Notes: a model not told the origin generated them from the sequence alone. A stretch of 32,000 nt of DNA from Candidatus Diapherotrites archaeon CG08_land_8_20_14_0_20_30_16 (GCA_002779075.1 PEXK01000050.1:3741-35740), one strand, 5' to 3'. Positions 8,834 through 16,991 are shown, counted from the first letter of the stretch. Numbers and translations are program-made.

Positions 8834-8950
8834 TAAACACATAAAAATATTGTGTCTTAAAGTTTTTGTTTTGTCAAAAACTTATAACACTTTGTAAAAT
8901 ATTTGTGTTAATAAAACACAAAATATATTACACTATGTTTGGTGGTCAGA

Positions 8951-9379
8951 ATGAATAATTATGTTATTTACAAACCAAACTCTTCAAAAACAGGAAGTGC
9001 ATTGAGTTTTGATTTTAATAAATTAAAGAAAAGTGTTTTTTTGGAGTTTGCAAAACAAAAAGAAGAAAAAGCATTTGATTGGCAAAACAAGCAAATCTTT
9101 AAGCTGAGTGCACAAGACTGTTCAAAGATTTGTGTTCTGATTAGAGATAGAAAAGAGGAATTAAATTTGTTTCATGATCCAAACAAATCAATAAATGAAA
9201 CAACAGTTAAAAATGCAGTATTAAAAATAACTAAAACTAATTTTGGTTATTCATTTAAAATAAACCAGCAGGAAAAAGACAACACAATAAACAGTATTGC
9301 AATATCTGTAACTGAAGATGAAGCATATATTTTGGTGTTAATCTTTAACAAAGCAATTGAAAGTATTTATTTGGATTAA
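8951..9379 (+). CDS. Whirly-like (PC4-fold) ssDNA-binding protein
   Basis: SD GGTGG precedes the ATG at 8951. FDWQNKQIFKLS, LFHDPNK, VLKITK...FKI and ISVTEDEAYILVLIFNKAIESI line up with plant Whirly blocks YDWSxKQVFSLS, FFHDPFKGK, VLKVEP...FNL and IPITxAEFAVLxSAFNFVxPYL. Confidence 0.6.
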   Translation: MNNYVIYKPNSSKTGSALSFDFNKLKKSVFLEFAKQKEEKAFDWQNKQIFKLSAQDCSKICVLIRDRKEELNLFHDPNKSINETTVKNAVLKITKTNFGYSFKINQQEKDNTINSIAISVTEDEAYILVLIFNKAIESIYLD

Positions 9380-9739
9380 TTACTTCTTTAAACTCATTAT
9401 CGCTTCAGCAATATCGCCTTTGGTTTCTTTTAAAGCTTTTTGTGCTTGTTCTTTTGAAACACCAGCTTGTTGCATTACCATCTTAATATCATCATCTGTA
9501 ATTTCTAATTCTTTTGGTTTGCTGTTACTGTCTAGGGGTAGGGCATGGCCAACAACCTGATAAGTTTCTGTTCCTTGAATTGTCATTTTAACTACCTGTG
9601 GCATTTGCATTTCCAAAGTTGTACCATCTTTTAAATAAAATACTGCTTTCTCAACAGGCATTTCTGTTGTTTTAATCCCTAATTGAGACATCATTTTCTG
9701 CATCTGTGCAGGATTCATTCCACCTAATCCAGGAAACAT
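9380..9739 (-). CDS. nac: Nascent polypeptide-associated complex protein (NAC domain plus C-terminal UBA)
   Basis: The N-terminus is MNPAQMQKMMSQLGI, followed by a NAC beta-barrel. The UBA tail is DDDIKMVMQQAGVSKEQAQKALKETKGDIAEAI. SD GGTGA lies upstream. Confidence 0.9.
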   Translation of the reverse strand: MFPGLGGMNPAQMQKMMSQLGIKTTEMPVEKAVFYLKDGTTLEMQMPQVVKMTIQGTETYQVVGHALPLDSNSKPKELEITDDDIKMVMQQAGVSKEQAQKALKETKGDIAEAIMSLKK

Positions 9740-9793
9740 AAAACATCACCTAATTAATTATTAAAAATTATATTATAAATATTACATTCCGAT

Positions 9794-9807
9794 AGGTATT
9801 TATACCT
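9794..9807. promoter_or_regulatory. Perfect dyad AGGTAT-TT-ATACCT upstream of hicB (candidate autoregulatory operator)
   Basis: The 6-bp arms are exact reverse complements. The dyad ends 19 nt before the hicB ATG, next to an A/T-rich TATA-like stretch. Confidence 0.3.
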
Positions 9808-9825
9808 TTAAGATAAATATATATT

Positions 9826-10056
9826 ATGAAATTAACTGCAATTATTAAAAAAGGCGAAAAACAATATGTTGCTTTATGCCCAGAAGTAGATGTAGTAAGT
9901 CAAGGATATACCATTGAAACTGCGTTAGCAAATTTAAAAGAAGCAGTAGAATTACACATAGAAGTAATGCATATTGAAGAATCAAAAACCGAAAACCCGT
10001 TTATTACTAGTTTTGAGGTCATTCCAAATGGCAAAACTACCACAGCTGTCGGGTAA
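9826..10056 (+). CDS. hicB: HicB-family antitoxin (UPF0150-like)
   Basis: MKLTAIIKKGEKQYVALCPEVDVVSQGYTIETALANLKEAVELHIE matches the HicB N-domain pattern. The gene overlaps the downstream hicA. Confidence 0.75.
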   Translation: MKLTAIIKKGEKQYVALCPEVDVVSQGYTIETALANLKEAVELHIEVMHIEESKTENPFITSFEVIPNGKTTTAVG

Positions 10057-10255
10057 AGAACTAATTAAAATTCTAAATAAAATAGGATTTGTAGAGATTA
10101 GACAAAAGGGTAGCCACGTATTTTTAGCTAAAGATACAATTGATGGAAAAATAACTACTGTTGTGCCATTACATAAAGAAATTGATATTGGCACATTATT
10201 AGAAATATTAAGACAAACAAAATTAAAAAGAGAGGATTTAGAAAAGTTAAGATGA
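10028..10255 (+). CDS. hicA: HicA-family mRNA interferase toxin
   Basis: LSGKELIKILNKIGFVEIRQKGSHVFL matches the YcfA/HicA pattern with the catalytic GSH. The ATG at 10028 has SD GAGGT 10 nt upstream. The gene overlaps hicB by 29 nt. Confidence 0.8.
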   Translation: MAKLPQLSGKELIKILNKIGFVEIRQKGSHVFLAKDTIDGKITTVVPLHKEIDIGTLLEILRQTKLKREDLEKLR

Positions 10256-10264
10256 TTTTTTAGT

Positions 10265-11356
10265 CTAATTATCCACACCAAATAGTGGTGTTGCACTTAC
10301 ACTTACTATTTTGTCTCTTACTAAATACGCAGTAATATTGTATTCTAAATCTTTTTGCAGATTTACAAATTGGTTATAATCCATAGAAACATTAACATTT
10401 CTGTTAACATCATAATTTTTATCTAAATAATTAATTTTATCAACGAAAATAGAACCATATGCAAAAGTTGTTAACTTTGTATTATAATCTTTTTCTAATA
10501 CCCCTAACAAAGAAAGGTATTTAGGTAGATCTTTGTCTTTGTCAATTGTAATAGTTGTTGCATTAGAGCTTGGAAAATAATTGTAATCTTTATTTTCTGT
10601 TCCTATAACACTGAATTTGTCTTGAGGGATGTTTACATCAAAAGCAATTGCATAAAAATCTTTATTGAATTTTCCATTGTATATTGATGTTATTGCTTTG
10701 GGCTCTTCACTTAAATTCTTTAGTTCAAATGCATTGTATCCTGCTAAAGAATCGCCTTTAAATTGTGCAGCAATTGCAAAACTAATTTCATCACCAATAA
10801 AAGTATTTGGATCTACCAAAACAATAATCTGATTTCCACCCAAATCATACATCTTGGCTACATTAAGATCTTTATTCTCAAAATTAACTAAAGAATTGTA
10901 ATCTATTTTAGCATAAGGAAAAGTATTTGTTTGGCCAGGCAAAAAATATTGATTTGATTTCACTGAAGAATAAAAATAATTTGTATCTATGTTTGTACCT
11001 ACAACATCAGTAACATAAACATATGTTGCATCTACAGTATTTGTATCTTTGTTAATTATCAGGCTTCCCGCAACATTATACACATTATTCAAATCTCTAA
11101 TTGATTTATCTATTAAATCTACTTGCGATTCGTTTGTATATCCAATAAGTCTAAATGAACTATTTGTTGGTACTTCAAGAACTTTGCCATTTACCTCCGC
11201 CTTGTACTGTATAGGCAGGTCTTTAGTTGGGTCTTCAACAACTTTCTTTTCTGGTTCTTCGTCTTGTGATTGGTTGTACAAAAGAACAGAGAAAGTTGAC
11301 ACAATGAAAATTACTATAACTAATATTGCAAACCATTTTCCACTTTTTTCAGCCAT
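10265..11356 (-). CDS. Hypothetical membrane-anchored extracellular protein
   Basis: The ATG at 11356 (MAEKSGKW) is followed by one N-terminal TM helix and then an N/Y/D-rich beta-type ectodomain. I recognised no family. Confidence 0.55.
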   Translation of the reverse strand: MAEKSGKWFAILVIVIFIVSTFSVLLYNQSQDEEPEKKVVEDPTKDLPIQYKAEVNGKVLEVPTNSSFRLIGYTNESQVDLIDKSIRDLNNVYNVAGSLIINKDTNTVDATYVYVTDVVGTNIDTNYFYSSVKSNQYFLPGQTNTFPYAKIDYNSLVNFENKDLNVAKMYDLGGNQIIVLVDPNTFIGDEISFAIAAQFKGDSLAGYNAFELKNLSEEPKAITSIYNGKFNKDFYAIAFDVNIPQDKFSVIGTENKDYNYFPSSNATTITIDKDKDLPKYLSLLGVLEKDYNTKLTTFAYGSIFVDKINYLDKNYDVNRNVNVSMDYNQFVNLQKDLEYNITAYLVRDKIVSVSATPLFGVDN

Positions 11357-11404
11357 AAATATCACATCACTTTTTAACAAATTATTTTTAGGTTATATCC
11401 TTGC

Positions 11405-11432
11405 ACTATATAAAAATATACTGTTTAGTGTA
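11405..11432 (-). promoter_or_regulatory. TACACTAAACAG-box plus TATA module upstream of 10265-11356
   Basis: On the minus strand it reads TACACTAAACAGTATATTTTTATATAGT. It abuts the TAG stop of the SIMPL gene and lies ~50-75 nt upstream of the next ATG. Confidence 0.5.
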
Positions 11433-12263
11433 CTAATTATAGGTGTAGGTAGTATCAACACTAACACTTAAATTAACTTCTTCTGGAGTTATATTGTTAT
11501 TTGCAGCACCTGCTACACTACTTTCTGTCATTGTTAAATATTTATCATAATATACAGGATAATGCTGATAATCAGAATAACTCAAATTTACGCTTTTTGG
11601 AACAGATTCCAAAACAAAGAATCCAGCATCAGCAACACCCTTTGCTTTTTCCCAAGCGTCTTTCATTGCTTTACCTACTAATGATTTTTTTGTTTTATCT
11701 TTTAAAGCATCAGACACTTCAAAACTCAAACTAGATATACTTACAGATCTATTCTTAACAAATTCTGAAACTGAATTAACCAACAATTTCCCCTTAGAAT
11801 TAAAGTCTTCAATATTAAATCTTAAACTATGAGTTGCATCATAACCCACTTGTATTGATTTTTCTAAGTTTTTATCCCATTCATATTTTGGATTGACACT
11901 AAAATATCCTGTTTCGAGCTTTATCCCATTATAATCTTTCAAACTATCAACATATGATTTAATAATATCAAACTGTTTTTGATTTGCTTCTAATGCTGCG
12001 CTAGCTGTTTTTTCTTCATTTGTTATGTTTATATTTACAACAACATTATTGGGAACCACTTTTTCTTCTGCAGTTCCTACAACAAACAACTCTTTTTTAT
12101 CTGCGCTTGAATCATAAATATATTTTGGTGCAACAAGAAAACCAATAATTAAAAACAATGCAGCTAAGATTATTACTGGTAAAACACCCATTCTAGTATC
12201 CAAAAAACCACCTCTAATACAAATAAAGAATCTACATATAACTCTAATACATAAATTATGCAT
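11433..12263 (-). CDS. SIMPL-domain (DUF541-like) envelope protein
   Basis: An N-terminal TM is followed by a pattern typical of SIMPL/26-kDa periplasmic immunogenic proteins (VVGTAEEKVVPN...INITNEEKTASAALEANQKQ...GYFSVNPKYEW). The start may be the internal ATG at 12191. Confidence 0.65.
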   Translation of the reverse strand: MHNLCIRVICRFFICIRGGFLDTRMGVLPVIILAALFLIIGFLVAPKYIYDSSADKKELFVVGTAEEKVVPNNVVVNINITNEEKTASAALEANQKQFDIIKSYVDSLKDYNGIKLETGYFSVNPKYEWDKNLEKSIQVGYDATHSLRFNIEDFNSKGKLLVNSVSEFVKNRSVSISSLSFEVSDALKDKTKKSLVGKAMKDAWEKAKGVADAGFFVLESVPKSVNLSYSDYQHYPVYYDKYLTMTESSVAGAANNNITPEEVNLSVSVDTTYTYN

Positions 12264-12323
12264 TTAGCATATAGTAATTATTATATACCCTATTATTTAT
12301 AAGCATAACGATTTAGATATATT

Positions 12324-12953
12324 ATGCACATATTTACCAATATCCACGATCTAGAAAACAATTACGAAGACATAAAGATGCTTTCGGAAGACGAAAAACT
12401 AGAAATAAACAACTATCTTCAAGAAGGCGGCATTCTAAAAACCACAGGCAAATCTAAACTTGAGCTTGTATATCCTTCCAAAGAAATAATAAAAAAGGAG
12501 CTTGATGAGCTTTTGCCTGAAAGATCAAAAGTAACTGAGAAAATAGAGTTATGGAACAAAATAAAAAAAGAATCCGAGGAATTTATTAAAAAAAATAAAG
12601 TTAACAAATATTTTGATAAAGTCTTTTGGAAACACAAATTCAAAGAAACATTTGACAAAGGATATAAAGAAGATTTTCAAAAAATTAAAATCCCTATTGA
12701 ATACATTGGCGACGAAAGTATGAGAAAGTTAGTATTAACTTTTATTAATAGTGAAGATTATAGAGCCAAACTTATTGAAACAATTGAAAGTTCAATAGTA
12801 TACAGAAATCGAGGCATAGGAGAAAGTGTTGTAAAAAAACTTGCAATACAAAAAGAAATCTCAAAAAACAAACTCGATGTTTTATACAGTAGAAAAAACA
12901 AACTCGATAAAAGAATCCAAATCTATAAATTAATTTCTAAATATGTACACTAA
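12324..12953 (+). CDS. Hypothetical Lys/Glu-rich protein
   Basis: Long ORF only. I recognised no motif. Confidence 0.45.
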   Translation: MHIFTNIHDLENNYEDIKMLSEDEKLEINNYLQEGGILKTTGKSKLELVYPSKEIIKKELDELLPERSKVTEKIELWNKIKKESEEFIKKNKVNKYFDKVFWKHKFKETFDKGYKEDFQKIKIPIEYIGDESMRKLVLTFINSEDYRAKLIETIESSIVYRNRGIGESVVKKLAIQKEISKNKLDVLYSRKNKLDKRIQIYKLISKYVH

Positions 12954-13014
12954 ACATTTATACACTAAACAACACAATTTATATGTTAAATTTGTATGTA
13001 GATTATGTGTTGGA
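12946..13014 (+). promoter_or_regulatory. Orphan tandem TACACTAAACA boxes, TATA and AGATTATGTGTTGGA block, with no downstream CDS
   Basis: Components: TACACTAAACA (12946), TACACTAAACAA (12961), AATTTATATG (12977) and AGATTATGTGTTGGA (13000-13014). The next gene is convergent. A T8 run follows at ~13053. Confidence 0.4.
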
Positions 13015-13090
13015 TAATACATTAAGCAGTATAAATTTGTGTGCAATATTCTTTTTTTTAATTTCTAAAGGCGACTGTCATAGTACTTTT

Positions 13091-13615
13091 TTAACCAATC
13101 TGTTTTTCTGTTTCAAATCGATTTATAATGGCATTATATTTTTCTTTTTCTCTCTTATCTATTATTTTTGATAATAAAGATTTTGCCAGATCAAATAATC
13201 CCAATGTTAATAAGTTATAAATAGATGTTCCTAATTCTACATCTTTTCTATATCGCCCATCTTCTAAAGTTTCACTTTTAGATATTGTCAATATTTCTGC
13301 ATTAACAAAGCGCATAAATTCATTTATTGCTCTTCCACGCAAAGCAACCAATTTAACTCTTGCTTTTAAGTACTGAGACCGCCTCTCAGATTTTATTTTT
13401 GCAGAATCCAAAGCACGTGTTTTTAATTCCAAATTAACAATTTGAGCATAAAGCCCAGTATGCTTAGTTAAAAAGTGTGTACGATCCCACTCTTCTTGTG
13501 TTGGTGATTTAGGATTCCTGCAAACATCAGTTAAATAATCTAGTGACACTTTCTTAGCTCGAAAAGCGTCAAGGGTATCTTTATGGCTTGTTGTTAATCT
13601 TGGTTGTTTTGGCAT
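13091..13615 (-). CDS. Hypothetical protein
   Basis: Long ORF with an ATG start. I recognised no motif. Confidence 0.5.
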   Translation of the reverse strand: MPKQPRLTTSHKDTLDAFRAKKVSLDYLTDVCRNPKSPTQEEWDRTHFLTKHTGLYAQIVNLELKTRALDSAKIKSERRSQYLKARVKLVALRGRAINEFMRFVNAEILTISKSETLEDGRYRKDVELGTSIYNLLTLGLFDLAKSLLSKIIDKREKEKYNAIINRFETEKQIG

Positions 13616-13660
13616 AAAAATAATGAGTATATTGTAAATATAAAGATTTGCATAGTTGTC

Positions 13661-13768
13661 TTATTCTGAACACAGTGCTTCAATAGGGTCTAATTCACTT
13701 GCAATGTATGCAGGATATGCACCACCAATAATCCCAAAAACAATACTACTTTTGTTGTTGTAACCCAT
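13661..13768 (-). pseudogene. Remnant of the C-terminus of an FtsX/MacB-type ABC permease
   Basis: Only the last 35 codons (MGYNNKSSIVFGIIGGAYPAYIASELDPIEALCSE) match the family ending (..GxyPAxxAsxLdPieALRxE). The rest of the 116-aa track ORF is antisense to the next gene and looks like noise. Confidence 0.5.
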
Positions 13769-13885
13769 GACCCTGCTTTGACAAAATATGCAGATATAAT
13801 CTATTACATAAAAGATGGTCTTATTGAGAAAATAGAAAACAAAACAAAGAGAAAGTAATATAAAAGGAATTGTATTAATTTTAGT

Positions 13886-14647
13886 ATGCCTGAAATACCA
13901 AAAAGTAGCCACATGAAAAAAATAAAACCAAGAAAAACCACTGAGGAAAGAAGCGAAATTGAAAGAAGAAAAAATATTGAAAAAGCCAAGAGAGGTAAAG
14001 CTATTTGGCAAATACTTGTTGCTAAGAGTTCTAAAGAAAGAAGCGAGATTGCAAGAAAAAGAGAAGCTGCTAAGAGTCCTGAAGAAAAAAGTGAAATTGG
14101 GAGAAAAGCGTGGGCTGGAATAACTCCTGAACAGAGAACTATGATTGCAAGAAGGGGTTGGATTAAAAAAACTTCTATAGAGAGAAGTGCATTAGGGGTA
14201 AAAAAATGGGCCGGAATAACTCCTGAACAGAGAACTATGATTGCAAGAAAGGGTTGGGCAACTAAAAAAAGAGTTTCAGAAGTATTGAGTTGGGTAACTG
14301 TAAAAGTAAATCAGGACAAAGTTATAAGAAACAAAAAATTATTTGTTAAAGTTGCTAATGATATTTTAAATGGAAACCTGGCAAGAGATATAGCAGAAAG
14401 ATACAACATTTCTGAACTTGCAGTCATAGGTGCAAGAAGAAGATTGACCACTTATTTCAAGTTTAGCATTTCCACTCAAAAGGAAGATATACGAATAAAA
14501 TCTCTACTAGCAAAAACTAGATTTTGGGACACTTTCACAGAGAAATGGGCAAACCAAAATTTGTGGCCATACATTATATATAACAAACAGGGTCAAATTA
14601 ATTATGCTGAGGAAGTAACAAAAGCATTAGTTAGTGCTTTTAAATAA
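13886..14647 (+). CDS. Hypothetical basic repeat protein with a C-terminal HTH-like segment
   Basis: It has tandem ERSEIxRK and KAWAGITPEQRTMIARxGW repeats. NLARDIAERYNISELAVIGARRRL is HTH-like. It is related by motif to 1699-2565. Confidence 0.6.
   Translation: MPEIPKSSHMKKIKPRKTTEERSEIERRKNIEKAKRGKAIWQILVAKSSKERSEIARKREAAKSPEEKSEIGRKAWAGITPEQRTMIARRGWIKKTSIERSALGVKKWAGITPEQRTMIARKGWATKKRVSEVLSWVTVKVNQDKVIRNKKLFVKVANDILNGNLARDIAERYNISELAVIGARRRLTTYFKFSISTQKEDIRIKSLLAKTRFWDTFTEKWANQNLWPYIIYNKQGQINYAEEVTKALVSAFK
14111..14257 (+). repeat. Two 51-nt direct repeats (49/51 identical), 96 nt apart, inside the coding sequence
   Basis: 14111-14161 (tgggctggaataactcctgaacagagaactatgattgcaagaaggggttgg) and 14207-14257 differ at 2 positions. 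Confidence 0.9.
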
Positions 14648-14690
14648 AAAGGGAGTAAAACATTTATTGAGTTTGCTTTTAAAATAATAT

Positions 14691-16940
14691 ATGCCTAATT
14701 TTCAAGAACTAATACAAAAAATCAAAGAACTTAACAATATTGTGGAATTTAATGAAATGCAGATTAAAGCATTAAAAGAAGATTACACAGACAAAAACCT
14801 AATTATTGCAAGCCCAACTACTTCTGGCAAAACATTAGTTGCCGAAGCGTATATGTTGAATACAATTTTAGAAAAAAGAAAAAGAGCTATTTTTATTTCT
14901 CCTTTAAAAGCATTAACATCAGAACATTTTTACAATTTCAAAAGCAAATACGAACAACAATTTGATCTGAAAGTAGGCATATCAACAGGAGATTTGGATT
15001 CAAGCTCAAAATACTTGGACAATTATCAAATTATATATTTGACATTTGAAAAATTGGATTCATTAATCAGACACAGAGCACCTTGGCTACAAACTGTTGG
15101 ATTGTTAGTTATTGATGAAATTCATAATTTAGATACTGACAGAGGGGCAGTATTAGAAACAACTGTTGTTCAATTAAAACAGATTCTACCAAATATAAAA
15201 ATAATTGGATTATCTGCAACAATTCCAAATGCAAAAGAATTAGCAAAATGGATTTCTGGCGAACTAATCTACTCAGAATATAGACCAGTAAAACTAAAAA
15301 AAGGCATCTTATTTGATAATACCATAATGTTTGATGATAAAAGCGAAGAAAAAATTCAAACCAAATTAGGAGTTCTAGAAGACTTGGTAGCAGATACTTT
15401 AAACAAAAATAAACAAGCATTAATTTTTACAAATACAAGAAAAGGTGCAGAATCATTAGCAAAAAAATTAGCACTTATCACTAATAAAAAAATTTCTGAA
15501 AAAGAAAAAAAGAATATTGAAAAAGCAATTGAAGAAATAGAAAGTTCATTGCAAACAGATTACGATAAAGAAACCACCAATATATTAAAATGTGGTGCAG
15601 GATTTCATCACGCAGGGTTAAGAGGTAGTTTAAGAACTAAAATTGAAGAATTATTTAAAAAAGCAGCCCTAAAGGTGTTAGTTGCAACGCCCACCTTATC
15701 GCAAGGCTGTAATTTGCCAGCATACAGAGTTATAATACATACAATACACAGACACAGTGCAAATGGAATGCAACCAATACCTGTTAAAGAATATGTTCAA
15801 ATGTCTGGCAGAGCTGGTAGATTAGGATATGATACTTCTGGGGAGTCTATTTTAATTGCCCGTGACGAATTAGAACAAGATAATTTATTTGAAAAATATG
15901 TTTATGCTTTACCTGAAGATATTGAATCACAATTAGGATATATACCAACATTAAGAACAATGTTATTGTCAGTAATTGCAAACGAAGTTATTTTTGATGA
16001 TGATTCATTAACCAAATTTTTTGAAAGCACATTTTATGCAATTAGATTTGGGAACCTACACTCTTTAATGACTAAAATTGAAACTGTTTTGAGAGAATTA
16101 ATTAGTTTCGGTTTTGTTAAAATAGAAAATAATGTTATAAAACCAACAGAAATCGGGAAAAGAGTTTCAGAGCTTTACATTGACCCTCTAAGTGCCTACA
16201 ACATCCTACACCAACTGAACAGATTTGATGATTTCACAGAAAAGGAATTTTTATTCACTTTAGTTAATACTGTAGAGCTAAAACCATATTTTATGCCACA
16301 AAAATCAAAGCATCAACAACTGGAAGAAGATCTTCAGGAGAATTACAGAGACTTAGCATTAGACACAAATGATCTTTGGGATGATTATGAAATATTAGAA
16401 AAATATTATACTTATTTAATTCTACAGGATTGGGTTTCTGAAGTAAGTGAACAGGACCTTCTCAACAATTATAATGTACTTCCAGGAACACTACATAATA
16501 AAATATACATTTGTGAATGGATATGTTACGCAATTGGAGAATTAGCACAAATCCTCAATAAAAATACAATTCACAAAAAATCAAAAACAATTGAAAGAAG
16601 AATTAAAGAAGGTGTTAAAGAAGAATTATTACTTTTGGTTGAGTTGCCAAATATTGGAAGAGCAAGAGCACGCAAACTGCACACAAACAATCTAAAAACA
16701 ATTGGTGACATCAAAAACTGCGATCCTCAAAGATTAATCAATATATTGGGATTAAAAATTGCAGATAAATTGATGCAACATTTAAAGATGAATTTTGATA
16801 TCAACACTATTTTTGTTCCAAAAGAGGAACAAAAACAAAAAGAAAATAAACTTGAAGATAAAATCCCAGATAAAAAACAAAGATTAACAAAAAAGAAATT
16901 AGAAACTGCAAAAACACAAAAGAGTTTGTTTAACTACTAA
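14691..16940 (+). CDS. hel308: Ski2-like DNA helicase (Hel308/Hjm type)
   Basis: Motif I is SPTTSGKT, motif II DEIH, motif III SAT and motif VI QMSGRAGR. A ratchet region and a C-terminal helix-hairpin-helix (LPNIGRARARKL) follow. Confidence 0.9.
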   Translation: MPNFQELIQKIKELNNIVEFNEMQIKALKEDYTDKNLIIASPTTSGKTLVAEAYMLNTILEKRKRAIFISPLKALTSEHFYNFKSKYEQQFDLKVGISTGDLDSSSKYLDNYQIIYLTFEKLDSLIRHRAPWLQTVGLLVIDEIHNLDTDRGAVLETTVVQLKQILPNIKIIGLSATIPNAKELAKWISGELIYSEYRPVKLKKGILFDNTIMFDDKSEEKIQTKLGVLEDLVADTLNKNKQALIFTNTRKGAESLAKKLALITNKKISEKEKKNIEKAIEEIESSLQTDYDKETTNILKCGAGFHHAGLRGSLRTKIEELFKKAALKVLVATPTLSQGCNLPAYRVIIHTIHRHSANGMQPIPVKEYVQMSGRAGRLGYDTSGESILIARDELEQDNLFEKYVYALPEDIESQLGYIPTLRTMLLSVIANEVIFDDDSLTKFFESTFYAIRFGNLHSLMTKIETVLRELISFGFVKIENNVIKPTEIGKRVSELYIDPLSAYNILHQLNRFDDFTEKEFLFTLVNTVELKPYFMPQKSKHQQLEEDLQENYRDLALDTNDLWDDYEILEKYYTYLILQDWVSEVSEQDLLNNYNVLPGTLHNKIYICEWICYAIGELAQILNKNTIHKKSKTIERRIKEGVKEELLLLVELPNIGRARARKLHTNNLKTIGDIKNCDPQRLINILGLKIADKLMQHLKMNFDINTIFVPKEEQKQKENKLEDKIPDKKQRLTKKKLETAKTQKSLFNY

Positions 16941-16942
16941 TA

Positions 16943-16989
16943 CAAAATCAACACATAAGAGTAATGCATAAACTGTACTGTTTAGTGTA
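16943..16989 (-). promoter_or_regulatory. Orphan TACACTAAACAG box, TATA-like box and TTATGTGTTGAT block between convergent genes
   Basis: On the minus strand it reads TACACTAAACAGTACAGTTTATGCATTACTCTTATGTGTTGATTTTG. It points into the 3' end of hel308, and there is no CDS downstream. Confidence 0.35.
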
Positions 16990-16991
16990 AT

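Noticed and set aside
9826-10255. HicB and HicA read as one frameshifted gene.
   Set aside because: Each part is a complete, normal-sized family member. hicA has its own SD and ATG at 10028. Overlapping TA genes are common.
12983-13171. The 62-aa ORF downstream of the orphan promoter-like module.
   Set aside because: It has an extreme F/L/I/Y composition, no SD, and overlaps the 3' end of the convergent 13091-13615 gene. The locus is more likely non-coding.
13661-14011. The 116-aa track ORF as a real membrane protein.
   Set aside because: Only the last 35 residues resemble anything (an FtsX tail). The N-terminal part is antisense to the 13886 gene start and is F/S/I-rich noise. I treat it as a remnant.
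12264-14690. An integrated virus or mobile island around the hypothetical genes and the FtsX remnant, or tRNA-associated integration at 24.9-25.3 kb.
   Set aside because: No integrase, transposase, capsid or packaging genes are present. I found no direct repeats matching tRNA 3' ends. There is only circumstantial evidence of rearrangement.
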